Source: Patescibacteria group bacterium (GTDB lineage Bacteria > Patescibacteriota > Minisyncoccia > Minisyncoccales > JANBVM01). Taken from it: 60,850 nt of DNA. The position numbers were made by a program, and so were the translations under genes. Below, piece after piece: positions 1 through 7,928 of this stretch. The stretch spans positions 1 to 60,850 of the forward strand of contig JANBVM010000001.1 in NCBI GenBank assembly GCA_024239015.1, in the 5' to 3' direction. The number at the start of each line of letters is the position of its first letter. Positions within the stretch are counted from its first letter, which is position 1. The notes below the pieces were generated by a model. It saw nothing but the letters and a program-made list of their open reading frames with translations, had not been told where the DNA came from and ran no database searches.

Positions 1-295
1 CTTGAGCGAACTTATCGTAAGCCTTGAAGGTTGAGTTTAACCCTAATTGAATAAGCTTATTCATCAGATTTTCATATATGGATGATCTACTATGATGTAG
101 AGCATAGATGCCTGGTAACTTTGATACGGGGTTTAACTGAAGCCATTTTTGAACGATTTCCGATTTGAGCAGATCACTTCGAAGTTTCTCAACATCGATT
201 TTCACTTGATCTGTTGCAAATTCAGTAGCGGTTTTATAACGGATGACTGGTCCACCATTCTCCAACAACCAATTGAATAAATCTGTAGAAGTCAT
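1..295 (-). CDS. hypothetical protein, N-terminal part only (gene continues past the left window edge)
   Basis: Absent from the ORF track because no stop lies in the window. Hand translation of the minus strand from ATG (c295-293) gives 98 stop-free codons down to position 2: MTSTDLFNWLLENGGPVIRYKTATEFATDQVKIDVEKLRSDLLKSEIVQKWLQLNPVSKLPGIYALHHSRSSIYENLMNKLIQLGLNSTFKAYDKFAQ. One hand-counted 60-nt line is about 40% G+C versus about 25% nearby. No family recognised. Confidence 0.5.
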   Translation of the reverse strand, partial: MTSTDLFNWLLENGGPVIRYKTATEFATDQVKIDVEKLRSDLLKSEIVQKWLQLNPVSKLPGIYALHHSRSSIYENLMNKLIQLGLNSTFKAYDKFAQ

Positions 296-528
296 TTTGT
301 TATTACATTCATCTGGATTAAAAATTGATTTCTTTTATTGTTCCATAATAATATGGATTCTTTCAGCTATTAAGTTTAATTCAATATTAGTAGAATTACG
401 TGAAATAATCGAAATAAAAATTAAATAGTTATTTATTAGTTAAAATTGATAGTAATTCTTTAAAGAGTAAGAATTTATTAGAAATATAAGTACTCTTAAT
501 TACATTTTAACATAAAAAAATTAATACA

Positions 529-825
529 ATGGTAAAAACTAAAGAAGAGATTCTCGAGAAACTTAAAAAAATAAAGAAAAAGCTCAAAAGTGATTATATG
601 GTAGAATTAATTGGGCTTTTTGGCTCATATGTAAGCAATAATCAAACTGCTGCCAGTGATATTGATTTTTTAGTAGAATTCGATAAAGAAGCTGATTTAA
701 TTCATTTTATAGCTCTTTCTCGTTACTTAGAAGAAATTTTTAATGCAAAAGTGGCCATTGTTTCAAAACCTAGCCTAAAAGAAGAATTAAAGCAAAATAT
801 TCTTAATGAGGTCATTTATGCCTGA
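529..825 (+). CDS. minimal nucleotidyltransferase (MNT, Pol-beta-type NTase), antitoxin-type component of HEPN-MNT modules
   Basis: 98 aa. LIGLFGSYVSNNQTAASDIDFLVEF carries the G-S ... D-x-D NTase signature, and the size is typical of MntA-like proteins. An ATG at 818 overlaps its 3' end but opens only a 14-codon stub (818..862) where a HEPN/DUF86 partner would be expected. Confidence 0.8.
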   Translation: MVKTKEEILEKLKKIKKKLKSDYMVELIGLFGSYVSNNQTAASDIDFLVEFDKEADLIHFIALSRYLEEIFNAKVAIVSKPSLKEELKQNILNEVIYA

Positions 826-1306
826 GAAATATAAATTTTTTGGATTAATTCAATTTAACTAAATCATTAACTATACTAATCAAGTATCAATAGATACATA
901 GAAAAGAAAAAAATGAAGTAGATTTTAAAGATTTTATTTTTTTACGCTCTGTTGAGTTCAGACATTAATATTATTAGCTAAATAAAGAAAATATCTCAGA
1001 ACTTAGACAGTGGTATGATAAATATTTTCCATATTACGATCTACCATACTTCTAATTTTTTTCGGAGTTTTTCAGGTAAAGAAATCGTTCCTAACCTTAT
1101 AAATATATAAATTAAGAAGATATATATATTTTCTGTTTACTATTGCTTTTTTTATTAAATTCTATAACTGAATCTTAGAAATCTTAAAGTTTTAAATTAA
1201 TAAATCAATATTTAAAGTTTTTTTTTAATGGAATGATTTATAAATCCATAGAAATTAGTTTATTTAAAAAAATAAATTTAAAATAAAAATTAGTTAAAGT
1301 GTAAAA

Positions 1307-1459
1307 ATGACAAAGCATACGAAACCAGAACATAGAAGAAGAACTGAAAATATTAACATGGCAGTTACGAAATCTAAAAAAGAGTTCTTGGAAAACTTAG
1401 CTAAAGAGAAAGAAATGACTGTTTTTGAATATGTCAGAATCAAATTATTTGGAGGTTAA
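1307..1459 (+). CDS. small ribbon-helix-helix-like (CopG/Arc-type) protein, 50 aa
   Basis: Below the ORF-track cutoff. Hand translation: MTKHTKPEHRRRTENINMAVTKSKKEFLENLAKEKEMTVFEYVRIKLFGG. It has a basic tail, a short strand (ENINMAV) and then two helices, which is the RHH layout. No clear RBS. Confidence 0.4.
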   Translation: MTKHTKPEHRRRTENINMAVTKSKKEFLENLAKEKEMTVFEYVRIKLFGG

Positions 1460-1535
1460 AGAAAAATGAACTACATCAGTCATGCCAAAAAAATAAACCC
1501 CCAAAAAAAAAATAAGCAATTTTTGTAAAAATAAT

Positions 1536-2048
1536 TTATTCTTTCATCAATTTATATATTCCATATAATATTAAAGCTGTTAACCCAATGAGTCCTAAAC
1601 TTAAAAGCATATTATATCCAAATAATTCAATTTCTTTTCCTTTCCTACTTTGTTCAATATAATGAATTGTATTACTTAAGCTTACATTTTGATTTTCAGG
1701 ATCGAATTCAATATATTCAAGTCCAGAAATAAAACCTTCTGTCTTTATTCCCTTTTCGACTAAAGGAATAAAATTAGTAAAACCTCGAGCTTTTATCCAA
1801 TATCCTATTTCTTGATTAACAAAACCAGATTCTTTTCCTCTAGAAGTATAAAGAACTAAAAGGTAATCACTAGTCTCAATATTTTCAATTATTTTATTGG
1901 ATAATGGCTTTCCAATTTGATAATCTCTTTCAGCAATGTAAGCCAAAATTCCCTTTGATTTTAAATACTTTTCTAAAGCTACTACTAATTGATGGTCTTT
2001 AGTACTATGCGAAATAAATATTTTTAACATAATCTTCACTTTTTTCAT
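1536..2048 (-). CDS. TIR-like domain protein with C-terminal transmembrane anchor (copy 1)
   Basis: KIFISHSTKD (betaA-type start) and SDYLLVLYTSRGKESGFVNQEIGYW (conserved Glu context) fit TIR/DUF1863-type domains. The C-terminal hydrophobic stretch is LLSLGLIGLTALILYGIY. The ATG overlaps the upstream stop (ATGA). An alternative start is the MLKIF Met at c2030. Paralog of 7928..8431. Confidence 0.6.
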   Translation of the reverse strand: MKKVKIMLKIFISHSTKDHQLVVALEKYLKSKGILAYIAERDYQIGKPLSNKIIENIETSDYLLVLYTSRGKESGFVNQEIGYWIKARGFTNFIPLVEKGIKTEGFISGLEYIEFDPENQNVSLSNTIHYIEQSRKGKEIELFGYNMLLSLGLIGLTALILYGIYKLMKE

Positions 2049-2341
2049 TTTTCATTATTTTTAGATAAAAGATAAATCAGTGCAGCAGCACCTAATCCCA
2101 CAATTGCACCAAGAGCAAAATTCCCTATAGCAGTAAGAGCTGTGCTATTTTCTTCATAACCACAATTAGAACATTTTATATTTTTATCATTTATTTTAAA
2201 ATCGCTCAACTCCCTTCTGCATTTTGGGCAAATAGGTTTAATTTCAGGCAAGTTATCAAGCCCTCTTTTCATTAACTCTTCTCTTGCTTTTTCAAGTTGA
2301 GCGTGCTCAATGTCAGATAAACGAACCATATTTTTACGCAT
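2045..2341 (-). CDS. small membrane-anchored zinc-ribbon protein with RHH-like N-terminus (copy 1)
   Basis: 98 aa. The N-terminus VRLSDIEHAQLEKAREELMKRGL is a strand plus helix. CPKC-x14-CSNC is a zinc ribbon. The C-terminal TM helix is FALGAIVGLGAAALIYLL. Translationally coupled to the TIR-like gene. Paralog of 7614..7928. Confidence 0.6.
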   Translation of the reverse strand: MRKNMVRLSDIEHAQLEKAREELMKRGLDNLPEIKPICPKCRRELSDFKINDKNIKCSNCGYEENSTALTAIGNFALGAIVGLGAAALIYLLSKNNEK

Positions 2342-2597
2342 TTTAATTCACGTGATTAAAAATTTTAAATTTAATGTTATATCGTAAGTATCGATCGTAT
2401 TTATATATTATCGTCTGTAAATTTCTGTATAACAATCAAATTTTTCTTAATAAAAAAGTTCGAAGTTGAAGGGAACTATTAGAGAAACCAAAATTAAATA
2501 TTCATATTGGTTATCTTCCAATAATAGAAAAATTTTAAAATATAAAGAAAAAGAAAAACTAGTATTCAATAATATCAATTAGCTAATTTCTCAATTT

Positions 2598-2612
2598 TTC
2601 GTGAAACGGTTA
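2598..2612 (-). repeat. island motif, form B (TAACCG-TTTCACGAA read on the minus strand)
   Basis: The plus strand reads TTCGTGAAACGGTTA, an exact copy. It lies in the divergent spacer 2342-2872. Confidence 0.9.
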
Positions 2613-2735
2613 CGTGCTGAAAAGTACACTCAAATTGTCTATCTATTGAAAAATATAACCGGAGTTTTTTGTAAATTAAATCTTGGATTATTGAAATTCA
2701 TGATAAAATAAATGTTAAATTAGGTTCTGAATGGA

Positions 2736-2750
2736 TTCGTGAAATAACCG
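2736..2750 (-). repeat. island motif, form A (CGGTTA-TTTCACGAA read on the minus strand)
   Basis: The plus strand reads TTCGTGAAATAACCG, an exact copy. It starts 138 nt to the right of the 2598 copy. Confidence 0.9.
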
Positions 2751-2872
2751 ATAATTATTTGTCATTCGAAAAATCAGTATAGTATTAGTCTCATAAGAAG
2801 TAAATACCTTAATATTTTTATAAAACTCTGATATATTATTTTATAGATATCAAAATTTCATGGAGGTTAAAA

Positions 2873-3382
2873 ATGGTAAAAAAAACTATTTTTAAATTCA
2901 TTCAAGTTCAAAATAAATTAGGATTATCCGATTTAAATGATAGATTAGAACTAGATTTTGATAAAAGATTACTCATTCAGAAAGTTTTTTATTTTTTAAT
3001 TAAATTAGGTTTTGATTTTAAGCTAAAATATAACTTCTATAAGTATGGTCCTTATTCTCGAGAATTAGCTGATATTTATTTTGAATCCTCAGAATTTATA
3101 AGTATGAAAATTCATGAAAATTCAGAATATCATTTTAGTAGTAATGATGAGTTCGCTCTTACTAAACTTAAGAGTCTTTTGGAAAAATGGGGTGAGAACA
3201 CTCAAATTTGGGAATATTATTCAAGTCTCTTATTTATTCATGAAGATATGTATTTTAGAATATGGAACATTGAAAATGTAAAAGCTAAAATTGCTAGAGA
3301 GAAGCATGAACTTTTTGATAGATTCAAATTTGATTCAGTACTCCAAGAATTAAAAGAACTTGGTTTAATAACTAAACATTAA
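2873..3382 (+). CDS. Panacea/SocA-like (DUF4065-type) putative antitoxin
   Basis: 169 aa. LLIQKVFYFLIKLGFDFKLKYNFYKYGPYSRELADIY fits the K-L-x-K-L-L-Y...GP-x motif pair of Panacea domains. GGAGGT lies 8 nt before the ATG. The stop is 1 nt before the next start. Confidence 0.45.
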   Translation: MVKKTIFKFIQVQNKLGLSDLNDRLELDFDKRLLIQKVFYFLIKLGFDFKLKYNFYKYGPYSRELADIYFESSEFISMKIHENSEYHFSSNDEFALTKLKSLLEKWGENTQIWEYYSSLLFIHEDMYFRIWNIENVKAKIAREKHELFDRFKFDSVLQELKELGLITKH

Positions 3383-3383
3383 T

Positions 3384-4787
3384 TTGATTGATGTGAAGCG
3401 AATATTTGACCCCATTTATGGATTAATTGAACTTAATGACATAGAATCTCAAATTTTAGATACACCATTATTACAAAGGTTAAGGTATATAAGACAATTA
3501 AGTTTAGCTGAATTTGTATACCCTACAGCTACTCATAATAGATTTTCTCATTCTTTAGGAGTATTTCATATAACTGATAAAATAGGGAATATATTACAAA
3601 AATTTGACAATAAATTCATGAGCAATTACTATATAGATAATTTAAAGATGGCAGCTCTTTTACATGATATTGGACATTTGCCACTTTCCCATGCACTCGA
3701 ATTTTCTGAAAAAGAAGATGTTTGGAATAGATTACCTTCTTTCTTAAAATTAAATCATGAAGATTTAGGAGTGTATCAGATAAAAAATTCATACTTAAAA
3801 AATATCATAGAGAGTGTTGACGATCGTTATGATATCGATTTGATTTGCAATTTAATACAGGGTAATGATATAGCTGATAACCCAATTTTAAATAGAGTAA
3901 TAAATTGGGAATTAGATGCAGATCGACTGGATTATTTATTAAGAGATACATATTTCACAGGTGTAAAATTTGGTAGTATTGATTTTGATTATTTGGTAAG
4001 TAATTATGAAATATATAAAAATGAAAAACTTGTAGTTAACAAAAAAGCTTCAAGATCCATTGAAAATTTTCTAATTGCTAGATTCTCTTTATATGATCGA
4101 GTTTATACGCATAAAAATATATCCTATTATAATTTCTTCCTAAAAAACGTTACTAGTTTATTAATCGAAAATAGTCTATTTCCTTTATTTAAGAATGACT
4201 TAACATTTGATGAAATAATTTTAGATGAAGAAAAATCTGAATTAATTTATGAGTTAACTGATTTTTCATTATATGATAAACTCCTTCAATATTATTATCA
4301 TCAAAGGACCTTAGAAGAAAAAAGTGAAAGTATCTTACTAAATTTAAATTCAGTGTTATTTCGGAAAAAGAATCATAATATTTTTCAATATCAAAAAATA
4401 ACAAACCAAAAATCTGGCATTATTGAGTTGGTTGATGATAAAGTACTAACTTTAATAGAAAGTTTAAATGAAGAGTATAAAAACCAGATATATTTAGATA
4501 ATCCTAAAAATAGATTTACAAAATATCAATCAGTATTTTATCCTTCGATTGGATTAGATCAAGAAAAAATAAATGAAATTAAAGAACAAGAACTAAAATC
4601 AATCTGGATTACATCGGATAACGGTAATCCTCAATTATTTTACGAATGGACTGGAACTTATTTTAGAGAATTATATTCTTTTAAAAATATAAAATACTTA
4701 ATATATCTTGAAAAGAATAAAGAGAAATTAGCGGAAAAATATAGATCAATTGAAAATGATATAAAGAATCAGATAAATAAACTTTAA
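3384..4787 (+). CDS. HD-domain phosphohydrolase, SAMHD1/dGTPase-like (COG1078-type)
   Basis: 467 aa, TTG start. RLRYIRQLSLAEFVYPTATHNRFSHSLGVFH, AALLHDIGHLPLSHALE and DADRLDYLLRDTYFTGV form the canonical H...HD...D motif set of dNTP triphosphohydrolase-like HD proteins. Confidence 0.8.
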   Translation: MIDVKRIFDPIYGLIELNDIESQILDTPLLQRLRYIRQLSLAEFVYPTATHNRFSHSLGVFHITDKIGNILQKFDNKFMSNYYIDNLKMAALLHDIGHLPLSHALEFSEKEDVWNRLPSFLKLNHEDLGVYQIKNSYLKNIIESVDDRYDIDLICNLIQGNDIADNPILNRVINWELDADRLDYLLRDTYFTGVKFGSIDFDYLVSNYEIYKNEKLVVNKKASRSIENFLIARFSLYDRVYTHKNISYYNFFLKNVTSLLIENSLFPLFKNDLTFDEIILDEEKSELIYELTDFSLYDKLLQYYYHQRTLEEKSESILLNLNSVLFRKKNHNIFQYQKITNQKSGIIELVDDKVLTLIESLNEEYKNQIYLDNPKNRFTKYQSVFYPSIGLDQEKINEIKEQELKSIWITSDNGNPQLFYEWTGTYFRELYSFKNIKYLIYLEKNKEKLAEKYRSIENDIKNQINKL

Positions 4788-4822
4788 AGGAATTCTTTTT
4801 TATTAATGATTTGATATTTCAA

Positions 4823-4837
4823 TTCGTGAAACGGTTA
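4823..4837 (-). repeat. island motif, form B
   Basis: The plus strand reads TTCGTGAAACGGTTA, an exact copy. It lies 36 nt after the HD gene stop. Confidence 0.9.
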
Positions 4838-4960
4838 TCAAATTTAAAATAGAAATTAGAGCTCTGTTTCAACCGAATAGCGAATTCTATTAATTTAAAT
4901 CCTGATAATTTTAAACCAAATAATAATATTATAATGAAAAAGAGTACAAAGGAACTTGAA

Positions 4961-4984
4961 TTCGTGAAATAACCGTTTCACGAA
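4961..4984. repeat. complete 24-bp palindromic form of the island motif: TTCGTGAAA-TAACCG-TTTCACGAA
   Basis: Perfect 9-bp inverted arms flank a 6-bp asymmetric spacer. It contains form A (4961-4975, minus sense) and form B (4970-4984, plus sense) overlapping. It starts 138 nt to the right of the 4823 copy. It lies in the convergent spacer between stops at 4787 and 5040. Confidence 0.9.
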
Positions 4985-5039
4985 CTCACTTTCTTCTAGC
5001 TTGATATCTTCAAATCATTCTTAATCGTGAAAATTCTAT

Positions 5040-5882
5040 TTATTTATATCCATAAAAAACTTTCCAGAATTGGTCATCGAGAGGTATATTTCGAGGAAAA
5101 ATCATCATGCCATATCCTTTAAGTGTATAACCATCATGCCTATAAAACTTGTCTTCAATTAAAGTCATCAAATCATCACAATAGTCATTAAAAAATGCAC
5201 CTGGGCTTAAACCAAAATACTTCATAGCATATCTTCTCACCAAGTATGCTACGATGTCTGCTAATTGAACACCATTATGAATTATTGAATCAACAATAAA
5301 AGGTGTTTCTATAACTTGCTCGGGAAATTCATCCCAACCTTGTCCCGTACCATATTTTATGAAAGATTCTATTTCGTGACGTTTTTGTTCATCAAATTCG
5401 GGATCAACCGAATCCATTACTATCATTATATGCTGGTCTTTTTTTGGATGATTATCCATTACATAGCGGTTTAAACGTTCAATTAATAGTTTAAATGCCC
5501 AATTTGCTACTCCTACGTAATTTCCCTTCATAAAATGTTCCTTATGTACCACTATTGATACAATTTTTATAAACAATTTTGATAAAAAGGAATATATTTC
5601 CCGCCAGATACTTCTTAATTTATCGTCATCATCTCCAATAGACTTATAATATCCTTCCTTACGCGAAATTTCTTTCATGTGAAGTTCAAAATCTCCTGGT
5701 GGATCTTTCTGAAGTCCTTTATTTCTCACAAGATCCCAGATTTTACGTTTTAAATTTTTAATTTCCTGATGAATCCAATTCCAATATTGTTCATGAATAA
5801 TTAGAGCTGTTAAAACATAGAGTTTATTTTGTTTATTGTTAATATCCTTATTACCTGATTCATCAGCATAAGCGAAATACAT
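5040..5882 (-). CDS. DUF3800-family protein
   Basis: 280 aa. The N-terminal YADESGN and the C-terminal GVQLADIVAYLV are the two hallmark motifs of DUF3800. Confidence 0.6.
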   Translation of the reverse strand: MYFAYADESGNKDINNKQNKLYVLTALIIHEQYWNWIHQEIKNLKRKIWDLVRNKGLQKDPPGDFELHMKEISRKEGYYKSIGDDDDKLRSIWREIYSFLSKLFIKIVSIVVHKEHFMKGNYVGVANWAFKLLIERLNRYVMDNHPKKDQHIMIVMDSVDPEFDEQKRHEIESFIKYGTGQGWDEFPEQVIETPFIVDSIIHNGVQLADIVAYLVRRYAMKYFGLSPGAFFNDYCDDLMTLIEDKFYRHDGYTLKGYGMMIFPRNIPLDDQFWKVFYGYK

Positions 5883-6062
5883 TAAACTCTAACCACTTGA
5901 TTGTTATTTTAGTTTAATCTTTCACAATATTTATAGAATCTCCTTTCTTGGAGTTTTTATATAGGTTAAAATTTGGAAAGGAACAAGAATGAAAAAAGTT
6001 GATTTACTACCAAAATTTGCCAAAAATTTCGATAGGATTTTATAGACAGTGAAAGAATAGTT

Positions 6063-6740
6063 TTAAACACGAAGTCTTCTTCTATTTGGGTCTTTAATAC
6101 CAATATAACGTCGAATTCCAGAATGACCTCCTTCATTATATACATACCACAATCCCTCATCCCTTATTTTGTATTTTAAAGAGCAATTTTTACATTTTAT
6201 ATCGATATAATCTACTTTATCTTGGAAATCGATTTCTCCTTCACATTTAATGCATTTCATTTTTTCTTTTAATAGGAGCAATCTAAGACTTTCAATAAAG
6301 ATTAGATAGTTCTTGTTTATCATCGAATTAATTACATCCCAGGTTGAGTCCTTCAATGAATTAGAATTAAACACAGATATAGTTGAGCGTGAAGGTTTAT
6401 AGAATGAGATTTTTGGGTCAAAATATTGTCCGAGAGATCTTACAGATATGATATATATTTCTTTCTTTACTAAATCTGCTTTTATTACCTTGGCTGTTAG
6501 GTCAACTTGTTTAAAATACTTTTTGTTTTTAAACCAGTAAAGCATATAATCATAAGATTTTATTAACAATTTCTCAAATACTCGAAATAATATTAATGTT
6601 CCCAATGCTGATAGAATTGAGTATAAGACGATTAATGGATTAAGTGAATCTGTAAGAAAATTAAAAAGCCAAGTGAAAAGGCCTGAAAACAATGCACCTA
6701 TTACTACATATGTCAAATCATTTTTATCTGTTTTTTCCAT
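6063..6740 (-). CDS. hypothetical membrane protein with C-terminal zinc ribbon
   Basis: 225 aa. Two N-terminal hydrophobic helices (VVIGALFSGLFTWLFNFL, IVLYSILSALGTLILF). CIKC-x17-CKNC lies near the C-terminus. Confidence 0.5.
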   Translation of the reverse strand: MEKTDKNDLTYVVIGALFSGLFTWLFNFLTDSLNPLIVLYSILSALGTLILFRVFEKLLIKSYDYMLYWFKNKKYFKQVDLTAKVIKADLVKKEIYIISVRSLGQYFDPKISFYKPSRSTISVFNSNSLKDSTWDVINSMINKNYLIFIESLRLLLLKEKMKCIKCEGEIDFQDKVDYIDIKCKNCSLKYKIRDEGLWYVYNEGGHSGIRRYIGIKDPNRRRLRV

Positions 6741-6874
6741 CTTAATTCCTCAATAGTCCCTTTCTATTTTTACATTAATGTGTATAAAATTAAAATACTA
6801 TTATTAAGTGAATCTTTACCTTTTTTCATTATTTATTCTTTCAAATCCTTATTGTATTTTTATCAGCAAGATTT

Positions 6875-7186
6875 TCATAAAGGAATAATCTTAACACTAT
6901 GACTATACTGCTTTTTCATGTAGTTAGTTATTTCGAAATTTTTTTTTTGATATTCATCACTTAACTTAATTAAATGTCCTTGAGTGGGAATAATAGAAAT
7001 GAATGCTTTAATCTCGTCTTTAAAATCACTTACATTAATTTTATTCTGATTATCCACAAGCATTTTAAATGAATCAATTTGTTTTTGAATGAATTCAATA
7101 TTAGTTTCTTCTTTATTAATCTCTTTATACCAATGATACTTAACAAATGGAACTTTAATTTCTACATCGTGTCTTTTTTTTATCAT
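6875..7186 (-). CDS. hypothetical protein
   Basis: 103-aa ORF with ordinary composition. No motif recognised. Confidence 0.4.
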   Translation of the reverse strand: MIKKRHDVEIKVPFVKYHWYKEINKEETNIEFIQKQIDSFKMLVDNQNKINVSDFKDEIKAFISIIPTQGHLIKLSDEYQKKNFEITNYMKKQYSHSVKIIPL

Positions 7187-7382
7187 TATAAATTATTTAC
7201 TCGTTTTTATTTTATTTTATTTATATAATATTCACTATATAAATAAAAGAGTCACTCTTATAAATCATTTTATTAAACCGGAACCAAAATCACAATATAT
7301 AAATAAATAGAGGGTGCAGATTTACTAATTTTTTGTTTTATAGTTTTAAAATTTACATTAAAATCTTAAAAAAAATATAATT

Positions 7383-7397
7383 CGGTTATTTCACGAA
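7383..7397 (+). repeat. island motif, form A
   Basis: CGGTTATTTCACGAA, an exact copy, in the divergent spacer 7187-7613. Confidence 0.9.
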
Positions 7398-7613
7398 TGC
7401 GCACCTATCTCCTTTTTCAACTTAACCTTTTTTAAGTCATCATATCATATCTCTCCTCTCTAATTAAATTAATTATAGTTTTTCATATACTTCCCCTTAA
7501 TTTTTAGCTTTTTAAATAAAAAAAATCGGTTGTTATACAGGAATTTACTATTGATAATACTTAAATACGATTGATGCTTACAATAATACATTAGATAGTA
7601 AAATTAATATGAT

Positions 7614-7928
7614 GTGAAAAAAATGCGTAAAAATATGGTTCGCTTGTCTGATATTGAGCATGCTCAACTTGAAAAGGCGAGAGAGGAACTTATGAAGAGG
7701 GGACTTGAAAATTTACCTGAAATTAAGCCTATCTGCCCAAGTTGTAGAAGTGAGTTGGATGATTTTAAAATTAACTCAAAATATATAAAATGTTCTAATT
7801 GCGGTTATGAAGAGAAGAGCACTTCACTTACTGCTATAGGAAGTTTTGCTTTTGGAGCAATTGTAGGATTAGGTGCCGCTGCACTAATTTACCTTTTATC
7901 TAAAGACAAGAAAGAATCACAAAAGTAG
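7614..7928 (+). CDS. small membrane-anchored zinc-ribbon protein with RHH-like N-terminus (copy 2)
   Basis: The ORF track starts at GTG 7614. By comparison with copy 1 (MRKNMVRLSDIEHAQLEKAREELMKRGL...), the ATG at 7623 is the likelier start. CPSC-x14-CSNC plus a C-terminal TM helix. Confidence 0.6.
   Translation: MKKMRKNMVRLSDIEHAQLEKAREELMKRGLENLPEIKPICPSCRSELDDFKINSKYIKCSNCGYEEKSTSLTAIGSFAFGAIVGLGAAALIYLLSKDKKESQK

Larger units (their letters stand above)
1520..2457 (-). repeat. left arm of a ~0.94-kb inverted repeat (TIR-like gene + zinc-ribbon gene + ~110 nt of upstream sequence)
   Basis: The reverse complement of this arm aligns with 7509..8447 through both CDS and the promoter region. 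For example, TTGTTATACAGAAATTTAC...TAAATACGATCGATACTTACGATA matches TTGTTATACAGGAATTTAC...TAAATACGATTGATGCTTACAATA. Proteins are about 87% and about 70% identical by eye. Boundaries are +/-20 nt. Confidence 0.8.

Noticed and set aside
243-428. ORF-track entry, 61 aa on the plus strand
   Set aside because: It overlaps the start of the better-supported minus-strand partial CDS 1..295 and runs into A/T-rich spacer. The low-complexity I/L/K composition is typical of chance ORFs in this DNA.
4189-4404. Antisense or alternative-frame ORFs nested inside longer CDS. This entry covers 4189-4404, 11550-11756, 11701-11892, 13729-14010, 18908-19090, 22081-22341, 22259-22444, 24198-24386, 38328-38618, 38972-39166, 44028-44213, 46243-46470, 46610-46843, 51329-51523 and 59195-59488.
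   Set aside because: Each lies wholly within a much longer ORF that has recognisable domain motifs. The products are low-complexity or hydrophobic, as expected by chance in A/T-rich sequence.
5966-6160. 64-aa minus-strand ORF overlapping the 3' end of 6063..6740. The same reasoning applies to 10052-10267, 29663-29899 and 49261-49485.
   Set aside because: They overlap better-supported genes or their promoter regions. They have no RBS or motif, and their composition is that of spacer DNA.
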